From Antedon mediterranea (Eukaryota; Animalia; Echinodermata), in NCBI RefSeq assembly GCF_964355755.1, contig NC_092676.1, forward strand, positions 26,368,871 to 26,432,870: a DNA stretch of 64,000 bases, given 5' to 3'. Under the pieces are notes generated by a model. That model did not search any database. It had not been told where the DNA came from and was given only the letters and a program-made list of their open reading frames with translations. How positions within the stretch are numbered: the stretch's first letter is position 1; every line of letters begins with the position of its first letter. Below are positions 23,223 to 36,907 of the stretch, piece after piece. The translations under genes were made by a program, and so were the position numbers.

Positions 23223-24044
23223 AAATATATATTTCAATTTCAACTGCTTGATATTTTTTCACCCACTTGTGTTGCGCCTATATCCAATTAAGAACCAAGC
23301 TTAAATGAAGATGATAAAATAAAGAAAATAAAACAATGTGGAAGAAAATTACATTTATTGTCATCATTTGACCCAATAATGCAACTACTGTATATCACAG
23401 TGGAAGATAATTTAATACTAAAGATGTCTCAATGGTCAGTTAATAATATTAATAATATAATATATTTCATAGAAATAATAAATACATTTTGAAAGAACGT
23501 ATGCCAATACCAAATTATTTTAGTAAACAAAATTATATTTTCCCAATTTCAATTATTGTAAATTTTTTATAGTAACAAAACAATTATTATTATATAAAAA
23601 AAAATTAATTTTACCATGATTCAACAATTTACTGTATTCAACAATATACTCATTGATTACTTGAATTAATGCTTGATTAACACTCTGAACAACCTTGATT
23701 CACTGTTGTTACTACAGTATAAGTCAATGAGGTTATGTTTTTTTAAATTTGCATTGTAATTTTGGATTTCACAGCAGTATATTAATATTGCGCTGTTATG
23801 AAAGTTAAAATACTGAATTATTTTGCATAGTTATCAACATAAAAATGTACTCAAACATAAGAAATACTGATACATATTTTCCATATTAATTGATATTAAT
23901 TATTATACCATACAATATTAAGATGATTTAGGTAACAAAAGATTTTAAAACCTGAGGTTTTAAAATATTCCTGTACACAGGTATGTATTTCCAAGCTTGT
24001 ATTTAAATTCTGTCTTGGATTTAGAAATACTAAAAAGATAGATT

Positions 24045-27000
24045 TTATGTGGATCCTGCTTGGTGGTTGATGATGGCACATTTAATGGTCTTCAGACGAT
24101 CAATGGCAGGTTTAAAGTCTGATTGTTGTTGTAACGTTTTTTCATAGTATTTAATGGCTTCAGCAAATTGATCCTATGGAGGAGAAAAAAATGTCAACAA
24201 ATATTCTTGTAGAAGTTTCTGAAAAAAGTATCGGTAACAACTAACCACTAGACTAAATCATTGCACTAGACAATAAACTCACCAGAGAAGAATGGATGTT
24301 AGCTAGAGTGAAGTAATTGACCGCCAATTGTGGTGAAGACTCCAGAGCAATACCGCCGATGATGATAGCATCTTGAGCGTAACCAGCACGATGAAGAATA
24401 TTCATCAGGTTTATGAGAGCTAAATCCTAAAATAAAAAAACAAAACAAATTTTGTTTGTTCACTGAATTATCTTCTATTTAGAATTCACCTAACTGTACA
24501 GTACATGTTTAGACTCCATACAGAGGAATACCAATTGAGCTTTCCTTGGAATTAAGTTAAGAATTCTAGTTAGTAGGTATAATACAGGTAATTAGTTACA
24601 GAAATTAGTAAATTAAAGATCACCACTTTTAAAGGATCTTTAACACAGTTTTGGTGTTAAATTTAAATATTTACTGTATTATTTAATTTTTATTCAATAT
24701 TTCACTCAGAGGCTCCTCACAAGGCACAGCCTTAGTCTCAAGGACTAGGAGCCTCTTCAACATATATGAGCTTAGCAACAGAAGGTGGAAATATATAACA
24801 AAAATAGTATAAAACAAAATGTAAATAATAAATATTTTGGTATCGTTCAACCAAATAGATAACCTTCCTACCTTGTGTTCTGGGGGAGAGTTGAACAAAG
24901 CTATTCGTGAGCAATCAACTGCTTTCTTTGCATTGCCAACAACTCGCCAGTACAGACTTGCCACATTGGCTGCTATCCAGTTGTTTCGATTCTGTAAAGA
25001 AACATAATTAAATGAATAGTATTTAATAAAAAGCAAATATTGTAAAACTTGCCATTACTTTGTGAGGTGTTTTCCCGAATGATAGTACGATTAAAACGGT
25101 ACTGGGTATGATCAACTGGCGTTCATGTTTCAAACTACTTAATCATCCATTCATAGAAGTACTGATGATGAAGTCAATCTGTGGCAACTATAGAATGGCT
25201 GACATAAAGTACTGCACCTTCTGCTAAGAATGTGTCAGATCCAGAACCATGACTTCTGCATACATAAAATTCTCAAAATTTGTTTATGTACTTTATCATT
25301 CTACAGACAGAATTTTAAAATGTGTGTAGCACAATGCATGACATCATGACCCCACCCATCTTTACAGATGACAACTTACTTTTGATAAAGCAATCGCAAT
25401 CTTTGTTCCCATTTGTTCTTTAGTCATAGGAGCATCACCAAGATTTTGAAGAACCTAAACGAATACAAAACATGTAACCAATAATTTGAGAAGACAATGA
25501 ACAACTTTATCTGATAAATACTGTTTAAATAATATTTGTTGTTATACAATGCATACCTCTTTCAATCCCCTCTCACTGCTGGATTTGAGTTCAGCTCGCC
25601 TTGCAATGCCCTCCAAATGATCCAACGTCAGTAGGCTAGCAGTCAAGTCAGTACGGCAGTTGGGTAGAAGAAACCGCCCCTGTGGATCTGTCGCCTTGAA
25701 GTCTATATATTCCTGGATGCTAAGAATACAGTGGATAAAAATGAAATGATATCAAGACAGTATAATCAAATGAAGAAAGAATTTAAAAAGGAACCAAAAG
25801 ATGTTGAATGAATTTTGATGTTTGTTTATGAAGAAACGACAATTTTATAAAGAATGGACTTGAATAAAATTCCATAAAATCAATTACTTTATCTCCTTAG
25901 CGTGTATAGATAACAAGGTACTGGTAAACGCCTTTAGATTTGACTTCTTGAATGATGAACATTCCTGAAGCGACGGCCATGGTTCCTGGGTTTGACCAAT
26001 CAATTTGATAAACTCTGGAGAGACAAAAAAATTGTAAAAATATTATAACCATCGTGATTCTAAATACTGTAAGGAATCAGGGCTGTAGCCACCAGTATGA
26101 TTGGTAATGTTTCAACCCGACAACTATTTTGACAGAGGCCTTTGACAACCCAGTGGCTTGAACAGAGATTGTTCCCTTCCCACCACTTTATTTCTTGTGG
26201 ATTTCTGTGAATATAACTGTAATACTGTTGGCAAAATCTGCATGATGGTGGTGGTACTGATAAACAACAACATAATATTTACCATCAGTAATGAATGAAG
26301 GGGCCGGTATCTTTGGACCATACACTGAAGCAGGTACACCATTTTTATCCTTCACTATCTCAGTATGATCATCGTTTTTAACATTCAATCCAACCGACAT
26401 CTAATAAAAACAGGAATAACAACAAATTAGAGAGAATTTCAACGTTATCGGACATAGTGCTATAAGTTGACAAGCTAGAGATACAACAAAGTACAGAAGT
26501 ACAATACAGTCAGTTAAAATTTAATATCTAAATATTACTACTTATTGTGATTCTTAGCCCATATTCTGGTGTTTGAAGAGTTCAAGGTTGTCTAATAATG
26601 TGAGTGTTTTCTGTACAGATAATGTTATTATTACCCCTTCTGTTCCATCCGTGTTCACACCAATATAATGACTGGTTTTCAGTAGTTCATCCGGCCTATC
26701 AGCATTTGTCTTTCCATCGTTATGTTGCTGAGTGTAAGGTGAACTATTCTTATGGCTTGCAGAATTCACCATGTTATCACTGGAAAGTGATGACGTTTGA
26801 ACTATTTCACTTTTGCAGCATGTTTGCTTTAACACGCCATCTGGACATGGACACACCTTGACCCTTTGACCATCACCTTTTATATTCACTTCTGGGTCAT
26901 CGGCGTAGCAGCTACTTGGTATTGCACTGTTTTCAGCATAATTACAACTCTGTATACTGTCTTCGTCAGAAATTGATTTTTCCTTTCTACCAGATAGCAG

Positions 27001-30000
27001 GATATCGCACTTGGAACGCTTCCTACGTCCAAGAGTTTTTCTCCAGCGTGGAACAATTCTTTCGCAATCTTTGCAAAAATAGCTTACATAGCAATAGATG
27101 TGACGAAAGGCAAGTTTGGCAGGCTCGTAATTCTCATCGATCTTGAGAGCTTGGCGATACTGTTCAGCAGCTAATGTCCAGTTGCCGTTGGCAGCTAAGA
27201 CATTGCCAAGTAGGAAGTAGGTCAAAGGCTAAAACAAAAAGAACACAAACATGATATTCAATAAGTTCCAAAATATACTTTTCCTTTTCTCTTCTTTTGG
27301 AAATTTAAAAATAATAAAAGTTTTACCTCTGTTTTGTTGACAACCAAAGCCATTCTGAGTAACTGGTTAGCATCATTGTACTTCCCAATGGACAGCATCA
27401 AGTTAGCAACATTCACTAAAGGAACATCACCAGATTCGACCGGAACATAATGCACAGCGCGGCGGAAACATTCAATGGCTTGATGAAAGTTTCCATTTAT
27501 ACGCCAGAACAGACCAGCATGATTGTAGATCATCCAATGATCATCTTCACTCTTTAATAAAACAAATTTTTTAAAGTTCACTTCAGAAGGATCATGTAGA
27601 TTTCTTAAATATGTTAAAATGACTGGTAAGCAGAACTTCTAAGCAATATAAGTTATTCACGAGTTTTGCCAAACTCAATGGAAAATTGAACTTACTTTTG
27701 TAACGTGCCAAGCTTTGCGAACTCTTTCTGCCATTTCTTCCATCGTTATCCATCTACTCAATCCATACTTCAGAAATTCCTGAAAAAAACCCAACAGAAA
27801 TGAAATTATTTCTCAACTCTTAAAATAAAATTGGATAACAACACAAACACAGGTGGTACATGAGAATTGGGGAAGATCCTTTGAAAACATTTCTAGACCA
27901 CCATTGATTATCTTTGTCAATGTCAGTGACTTATTTTTGTTCAAAGACTGGTCAGCATTTGCAGAATTACCTTTATCAGTGACTTCTGTCCATTGTAGTT
28001 GTGCATGGATCCACGTTGTGTAATACATTCAACGTAGTCCATAACCGTATCTCCTTGATCTAGCTTTGATTCCTGGACACATGTTGGGTGATAGTATGGA
28101 AAAGCAACAACCTCGTCCCTCTCAATTCCCAAGTTCTCGTTAAAAAGCTCAACCATTCTAAAGGATAAATTTATTCATTAATCTATATAATAAACTAAAT
28201 TCCAAAACCACCTTCTGGTCATCCCCTGTGATGATACTAAAGAATCTTCATTCTTACCGAATACCCTTTTTTTCTGGGTGTACATGACTTATTGAGTAGG
28301 TCGTCCAATCTGGTAGAGTTGTGTAGACCTTGCATTCATCCTTTGTCCATTCATCCTGTATACAAGGGCCGTCATCTGTATGCTGCCAACCTTTAGGTAC
28401 CGACTTTTCGTGACGATCAGTCTGCTCTGCAAGATGTGCAGCATGGAATTTAGCTGAAACAAGAAATAATAATATTGTAGCTCTAGAGATTATAGGGATG
28501 GGTATCAAAAAAGGATGCCTGGGAAAAGCTTTAGGCTAGATGGAAGAATTTTAAGTGATTTCAGTTAATGTGCAGTATACTGTATTATCAAAATTAAAAA
28601 AACTTCTCTTTTTATGCCTATTAAAGACAATATTGTTTACATATTTAGGCAAATTGCCAAGGATAACCATAATTCATTCACTATCCTTCTTAAAGGTGGC
28701 AATCCTGTTTACAACACAAACATACACAAGATGCTCTACATAAACAAAGTCTTTGGGAGTGGAGTCATTTATCATTAGAAAAAATCCTGACATGAAAGGA
28801 CTTGAACCCAGGACTCTTAGATTAATAGCCACGTATCATAACCACCAAGCCACAACTCACCACTGTCATCTCTTTTCATAACAGTCAATCTTTTGTTATT
28901 CACTATGAGAAAATCATCACTGGTAGAATAGTACCTTCCCGGATCGTTCAAAATTCTATCAGATTCTTCCTGTTTGGCCAGGATCCTCAACCTTTCTTCT
29001 TCAAGTTCACTTTGTTTAAGAGACAATGAATCTGCACTTGTTGTGGCACTACTTTTTGTTTCAACACTTCTGCTACTGGCAGCACTGCTTCTGGAACTAC
29101 TTCTCTCTACTGGTGGTGAAGCATCACCACTAGCAGCACTGCTTCTGGAACTACTTTTCTCTACTGGTGGTGAAGCATCACCACTAGCAGTATTGCTTCT
29201 GGAACTACTTTTTTCTACTGGTGGTGAAGCATCACCTCTGGATTTTGGAATCAATTTTTCTTGATCTTTATTTGGTTTCGCACCATTGATGGATGTATTA
29301 TTTTTTGATCTGCGCATTTTTTGAAATTTCGATAGTCTTTCATACATTTGCTTTTCCTCCTCAGTCGTTGGCTGGTGTGCTATTGCGATGATTCTGGGTG
29401 GTTTCTTAAACTGCTTTTCATATTTGGTATAGTTGAAACATAAAACTGCCTAAAAATACATTTAAAAACAACTAATCACAGTAGATCCCATAATTTGGGA
29501 CACTCTTATTTAAAGGGACACTTTACTAATGAAAGGCAATATTATTGTTGTTTAAAAATTGATCAACCACTATTCAGAGGACACATTGTTAAGACCTGAA
29601 GGCGTCTCCTTAATAGGGTATGTATATGTTATAACACTATGTCCAACCTCTATTCAGCGAACACCCGTATAAAGGGAACATTTGCTGATGGTGTCCCCTT
29701 AATACAGGTTCTACTGTACAAGAAACTATTTGTTTTTATAATATCTACATTCAAATATTTGTATACATGAAATGAATGAAATCTTGTTATTAGGCTTAGT
29801 GACATGAGGCCATGAGAAAAATGTGATGTCTGGGAAAGTATTTGACCTTTGTACTCTGGTAAACAAGCATGTTAACAATCAACTACCAAAACAATGGTCA
29901 GGTAAAACTCACCTCATTATCAGTATAAATGCAGTGAGGAATTACAGTATTCAAAGCAGTGGCATTAATCTCCTAAAAGCAATAACAAAAAAATGTAGAA

Positions 30001-33000
30001 AAACTCTCGTAGAAATAAGCCCTGTCTACACTATCAAATTTTACGTGACAAAAAAATGTGATTTGCCCATATATGGACATGATGTCATATCACTACCATA
30101 TTTGAGCATATCACTACCATATGTAGGCACATGACACTTTTTTTGTCAAACTAGTTTGATAAAGTAGAGAAAGAAATTAATATGTCCATTTAAATACTAA
30201 TACTAATTTATACTACTCACATTTTCCTTTAAAAAAAGAGGATTTCCAAACATCTCCGTCTGTGCTCCCATATTATTCCTTTTGCAGACAAAATACTGAT
30301 TATCCTTCTCTTCTCTCAACTCACATTTATGTGTTTCATCTAAAAAAAGTCTAGTACCTTTAATTATAGAGAACCCAGACCCTGAGGTTTTGTATGCAAG
30401 CATGTTAACCACTAGACCATAATGGCAGTACTGTACATGAAAACAAATTTACAATGAGGTTTTAACCACAAGGCTACAATGTCACTACATAAAAAAAGTT
30501 TATTTTTAAAAATTACGTTGTAGTTTATGACGATGATAGTTCATATTCTTCTCATACTGTTCTTCGGAGGTCAACTGAGCTGCCTGTATCTTCTCCTGAA
30601 TGCTTTCAAAATGATCGTTTAGTTTCTGGTATTCTCGGAGTTCTGACAAAGTTCGCTGCAAAGAACTGGGGAAAAAACACCAAGAAGTATAATAAATGAT
30701 TCATTTGTTTTTATTCTCAAATATTACAGAGATAATATTATTAAAAATATGTTATGTCGTTATAATATAATTATATATAACGTGCAAAATCTAAGTTACT
30801 TACTCGTGCTGAGCCTCTAGGGCAGCCTCTAACTTGCGTTGGCAGTAGATTGCGTGTATTCTCTTCTTAGCCGCCTCAAAGTCCGGTTGTTTCTGAAGCG
30901 TTTGCTCATAGAATAACAAAGAGCTATTTAATTCACCAAGAGCCTACAAATTAACATTCAATATTAACATTAGATATTACTGTATTGTTTGCATACATTC
31001 CTTAAGCTCTGTCCAGGGAGTTGCCTGCTCTGTCTACACTACCAAACTTTATGTGTCAAAAAAATGTGATGTGCCCATATATCAACATGTCATATTACTA
31101 CCATATTTGGACACATCACTACCTTATTTGGGCACATCACACTTTTTTTTTGTCAAACTAGTTTAATAGTGTAGCTTTATTACAGTAAATACCCTATAGT
31201 ATTATTATAATAAAACTGATTAAATGCTTTATTGTTATTTGCTACTACTAAAAAAAGCTGAACTTTAACAGAATATTCTTAGATTACTAATAATTAGATT
31301 ACAACTCCCTGCTTTAACTTACCCCATAGACGTTAGCTAATGTAAAATATAGACCATTGACATCTTTTGAAATTCCCAATGCAGCATGGGTAAGAATGAC
31401 GGCGTCAGCTGAATGTCTCCCTCTATGTAGTACATTTGCTAAATTCAGTAATGCTATATCTTTCTTTTTTCTAAAACAAACCCAAACAAAATTTATAAAA
31501 ATCTTTGTTGTTTTATATTTGGAAATAAAAAGAAAATAAAAAAGAAATAAAAGTTACTTGTAAGTTGTAATGTGTTTAAGTGAGTGAGTGGTCGAGCGGT
31601 TAAGACAGTGGAACCGTAATTACGTAGCCATAACATCGGCAGGGGTTCGAGGCTCACTCACTCCATGGTTCTGGTGGTAGAACGAGTCTTCTCGGATAAG
31701 GACTATAAACCGTAGGTCCAGTGTACACAACTTGCTCGTGTGCACTTTAAAGAACCTAGTACATCTTTCGAGACGAGTAGGGGGTTACCCCGGTGTATTA
31801 GTACATCACAGTCACTGATCACCAACTGGGCCCTCTGGGAGATCAGTCTTTGACTGAAGAGGTCACCCAGTATAAAGATAAAACAAACAAAAAATCCCGA
31901 ATACGATAATACAAACAAACAAGTTCTTGGTACAAATGTTTAGACAAATACCCATAAAAAACCCATACAAACACCTATTATAGTTGTTCTTTTGCTGTAT
32001 GATTCAACATGAATGAGGCAATTTAAGCATTCACAAAATTTAAATACAATATGAATGTGCATTGAAATATAAACCTTCCATGCAAGAGTAATTATGTTTT
32101 TCAAATTCATTGATGCATAATGTACAATAATTGGCTGCATGTCAATAAGCCTCTCTAAATACATTGCTAAATTACAGGAAATGATGTGGTTTTTCAGATA
32201 AGATTTTGATGATATAAATAATTTAAGGTAAAACCCTCTTTCTTGACACTCCTATTCATGGGAAAATTTTATGTGAAATTAACCAGGAGCAATATACAGC
32301 ATTTACAATAACACTGGTCCACCGGCCAATGACCAGTTAAATGCGTGGCGGAGCAGTTATATAGTCAAATAACCTTGACTAAATGTTAACAATTGGTTAA
32401 TTTTCTGTACCTCATTTTTAATTTGTTTAAGTTAATTGAAGGTCTCTCCCTTATAGGCCCATAAAAGGAGTGGAGGACCCGTAAAAATGTGATTTTACTG
32501 GTCCTCTAGTCTAATCTAATAAAACCTTAATATATGATTTAATGGCTAACCCATAATAAGGGTCCTGAAGGTGTTCCCTTAATAGGGGATCTACTTTATA
32601 TGATAAATAATGATAATTCCTATCATTGTTAGGATTCTTGATGCTGGTGATACTGACAATGACAGACATCCACACACACCCACACCAGTAAGTTGTTACC
32701 TTGAAGAAAAATGCAACGATCGCCGTGCACACTCAATAGCCATCAGGGCATCGCCTTTGATCCTCCAATAAAATGTTGCCATGTCGTACAGAACCCAGGA
32801 TGATGCATTCTGACAGGTAAAGAAATATATAATAAATATATGCTTATTGGGTGCTTTCACAGTATATTCGTAAAGCATGAAATCTTGTTAAGTTAAAAAA
32901 TTCCTAAAATCACACTTTTTTCTTAACATTGCTCAACATTTATTTTTAGTTATCTGTAATGCGCCTTAAGGTTTTAAGGTGCATTAAAAATGGTGTATTT

Positions 33001-35345
33001 ATGTATGCTGTTGGTGCAGCTTGGGCCATTAATGAAATTAATCATTTTTAAATTTTAATATATATTCAGTGTATTTTCACATATTTATTTACATATATTA
33101 TTGATGAAGTACCTTAGTCAATGCTTTGTTGATGTAATGACCTATCTTATCAAGTTTTTTATTCAGAGGGTCATTGTCAGGTAATGTACTGTATAGACCC
33201 TTCTCTGGCTGTCCACTAACATTTGATCTTGTTTGCATACCCTGAAAGAAGAGATTAAGCCTAGCAAAGGTAAGGTAGTAGAGGACACAGAATAATAGTA
33301 ACACTGGTGGTAAGGATTTCCTTTGTCTTGGTCATGGAACAAGTGTTTTCAGATTCAAGGATAATATGAATAGGTTTTATTACCAAGTCCTATCATTGGG
33401 ACAAAAATAAAATATAAAAAAATTTATGCGGAGTTGTTCAGATTTAGAAATGGATAGAAGTGTTCAGTGAACTTTCTATTTTTGAGTTCAAGGAAAATAA
33501 TAGGTTTATCCAGATGTAGATATTTGTACAGCAATTATAATAGACGTTAATAGACATTATGCTAATATAGTTAGCAAATTATTCTAACTGAATAAACCAC
33601 TCTGTGAGAATGAGGTTCCATTATTTATTATATTTATATTAATAAAACAGAACATATATATGTATGTAACCAATTGTTGAGAAACAGTATGTACCTGAAG
33701 ATGCTCATAAGTGTACATACTAAATGGTAAATCAACAATCTTTGTACAGTTTGGCTTTTTAAATTTCTTCACTTTTCCTTTTATGAGAATATAATCTTGA
33801 GGCCTGCAAAAGAAAAGGGACTTGTTTGATAAGTTACACAACTTCTATCAACCGATTTTATTGTTACACAATACAATTAAAAATAAAGTAACATAGCAAT
33901 TTTAACCACTTTTTTGTAAGTAATTTTTAGATATTTCTGGATATTAAATTATATATTGTAAGGTCAGGGGTCATCTTTTTAATGTATTGTATATTTTTTT
34001 ATCTACCATGATTACCTGACTTTGAACTCTTCAATGATAAACAGAAAAAACATAACCAAATGTAAACAAAAATAACAAATAATTTCATTTTCTCTATTTC
34101 TGTAAAACTTGTTTAAGATTTATAATTTTGGTTATTATGAAAAAGGTAAATACTGAGGGCTATAAGAAATTATTTTGACAGCTGTAATTGTCTACATTAT
34201 CAAACTTTATGATGTCATATCACTACCATATTTAAGCATATCACTACAATATTTAGGCACATCACACTTTGTTTGTCATACTAGTTTGGTAGTGTAGATA
34301 GAGCTTTAGACTTTACTTACATTACTAATTGCAAAATACTGTGATCTATTTATTAAGAGTATTCTTAACATATTTTAGAAGGTTTTTGTCTACTTTTGTG
34401 AGTCTGCCACCACTTATAATCTACCATGACCAAAAGAATTTAAAATGAAAAAATGCATAATATTTTACAGTACTAATCTCTCTTGTTCACCATTCATTCT
34501 AATTTCTCTTTTAATGAAATGATGATGAGATGATTAATGACTATGATCATAGTATTAGTTTTTTTCAACTTTCATAGTAAACTTTAGTAGACTGTTATTT
34601 ACCAAATTTATGTTTAACTTAACTTATTTACGTTCATTCAAAATGCGATTAGACTTATTTTCTACATAATAATATTATTTTCAAACCAATACCACCAAAC
34701 GTACCTTATACCCTTGTTTTCTAACGTTAATACGGTACTGGTATAAAGGTCAAACTCCTCAATTGGTTTCTCGGAGATGACACAATCAGGATCCGTCAGC
34801 AGAAACCTCTTTTCAAGATCATGATCCTTGTCCTCAGTGTCTTCGATGTGTTTCTTCTGTCGAATTAACTCCATTTCAATTGCATCGGATTCTTTCGTTA
34901 AATTTTCTTGACGTAAAAGCGTAACAACGTTGTACGACTCGCGTAAGTTGTACACTGATTCGATCTACAGTAAAATATTATTTCAGATTTATTGTGAATT
35001 AACATAATTTTTTTATTTGCACAAATTTGTTATAATTATATATTTTCCTAGCTAGGCCATAAATAACCTTAAATTGTCTAATTCAGTGTTTGGACAAAAT
35101 AATAATCTTTACTTAGTCAAAGAGGATTCAATATGGTGCTGTGCTAGGCTTTCTCTTACAACAATAGGGAGTAAACAATGCCTATAGTATAGCGAGTACT
35201 GTATACTGAATATAAAAAAACAATCAATATATATTTACAACAACGGTACCTGATTGTTTATCATTCCCTTTTCAGTTACAAACCAATGTGTAACTGCTTC
35301 ACAACTACAAGAAATGCTTAACATTAAAATTACTCCGGCCCACAT
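24045..35345 (-). CDS. TTC17: Tetratricopeptide repeat protein 17, multi-exon, with signal peptide
   Basis: Starts MWAGVILMLSISCSCEAVTHWFVTEKG (compare THWVVTEDG); three TPR modules (SWVLYDMATFYWRIKG, WMIYNHAGLFWRING, WIAANVASLYWRVVG); ends AIDRLKTIKCAIINHQAGST*. Confidence 0.93.
29080..29240 (-). repeat. Coding 42-bp tandem repeat (about 3.5 copies of GDASPPVE(K/R)SSSRS) inside TTC17 exon 28861-29448
   Basis: Visible in ORF 28817..29347; the exon is bounded by TAG|GC and GTG|GTGAG on the minus strand. Confidence 0.8.
31581..31893 (+). mobile_element. Full-length Deu/Nin-domain tRNA-SINE
   Basis: A and B boxes, Deu-like core, AAAC tail; reference copy for the family. Confidence 0.88.
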
Positions 35346-35556
35346 TTTAAAGACGTCTTAAGTACGATAATATTCTCAGAAACTTTAAAAAGGCTAGCCT
35401 AAAGCTAGGCCTACCACCACGACCTATATCAGGCAGTAGTCCACGGGCTAGATAGACCTCTTTCGGCCGTGTGTGGTTTGTGGCTTTCACGCATCATTGA
35501 TTCTGCTATAATAAAATAATAACAAGTCCTAAATCCTAAAAGTCCGAATTTATTAT

Positions 35557-35787
35557 CAGACGTGCTAATCTATGGAACGCCGGGAGTATGGAACGCCGGG
35601 AGTGCCACTTTCGGCGACCTTTTAATGCGGCGACTGCTATTTCTTTCGGCGACCTAAACATTTCGGCGACTTTGGTACTTAGCGGCGACTTTTCCATGCG
35701 GCGACTCGGCGAATTTACCATTCACCTGCAACTTTTTTATGCGGCGACTCGGCGACTTTACCAGCGTTCCATAGTAAGAAGCGCAAG
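35557..35787. mobile_element. Degenerate MITE (hAT-like) with about 10 GGCGAC motifs upstream of TTC17
   Basis: Inverted ends CTATGGAACGC and GCGTTCCATAG; no clean TSD. Confidence 0.55.
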
Positions 35788-35839
35788 AATTAATGCAAAT
35801 GGTTTCAGGCCGCGTGCGTGTCATGTCACTGGGTTTAAT

Positions 35840-35871
35840 CAAAGAATATAATTATATTATTATCTTCTTTG
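35840..35871. mobile_element. P-element-type excision footprint (32 bp)
   Basis: CAAAGAATATAATTAT+ATTATTATCTTCTTTG between direct repeats GTTTAAT at 35833-35839 and 35872-35878. Confidence 0.78.
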
Positions 35872-36848
35872 GTTTAATAACAACTATCCATCGCGTAAAA
35901 AGGAAATGCGTACACTCATCGCGTAAAAACGCGTAGAGTAGCGCTTGGTACGCAATAGGAAGAGTATACTGCTGCTGCAGCTATGCGTGCATGCACCGCG
36001 CACAGTATTTTGATATCATCATGTTAATTTAATAGCTTGCGCCAAACGAAAGCCCCACTATTCGAGAATTCCTGATGGTATAATTAATGATTATATTATT
36101 AAAATATTACCATCAGAATTAATATAAAATACATTAAACTGTGTTAGCGCCCTCATTTAATTTTCGCATACTTTATTGCTATATGCTAGGCCTATATTTA
36201 TCCGTATTGGTTAATCGATCAATTATTGATAAGTACTGCATTCTCTAAAGAATTTCAATAAGGAGAGACGTATGTTAAGAGTTTTAATTACATATCCAAT
36301 TAATTATGGATTCGAATTGTCAACAATTCTATACGAGTTGTAGTTGTAACGTGGCAACAAATCTAATTTTAGCCAGATGTTTAACTGATGATAGGACACG
36401 ACGTACGTAAAGTATGACGTGGGTGTACCCATAGGCCTATTTGCGCGTATGTACTGACGTTAAAATAGAATATTTGTTAGCAAAACATCTGGCTACTGCG
36501 TGGGTTTCTTGACGCAAAAGATAGCACATTAAAAGTCGATTCTTTTCACTCACGTGCCAACATTTTTTTAAACCAAACCACGGCAATAAAAACAATGTTT
36601 TAGTTAGGCCACTATAGGCCAGTCCAGAAAAGAGCGCCAAATTTGAAGAGGGATTATCAGCACGTGTTTCTCAATTGTTTAAACTTAACCAGAGATTGCT
36701 GAATCCCGTGCAATCGAGAGGTTTTTATAATAATACATGAAATTAACACAAACTGTTTTATAATTTATTATTAACAGGGTAATGGCTACGTATGTCAGTA
36801 ACTAAGCCACAAACATGGTTTGGGGGGAAATCAAGGATTATATAAATC

Positions 36849-36907
36849 CATAGAAATATTTTGATGAGGGAGGTATAAATACCTCCCTGTTTTAATATAT
36901 CTCTATG
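36849..36907. mobile_element. P-type terminal relic (59 bp)
   Basis: CATAGAAATA...TATCTCTATG ends, inner inverted repeat AGGGAGGTAT/ATACCTCCCT, near-TSD TATAAATC/TATAATC. Confidence 0.55.

Noticed and set aside
25160-25310. Box C/D-like motifs in a TTC17 intron
   Set aside because: The best motif pair is antisense to the host gene; the sense-strand pair has a degenerate box C and no recognisable guide.
28817-29347. 176-aa ORF as an independent nested gene
   Set aside because: Same strand as TTC17 and bounded by splice sites; best read as an internal exon.
24045-35345. Three repeated TPR modules in TTC17 as a novel internal triplication
   Set aside because: Vertebrate TTC17 has the same three-module layout as recalled.
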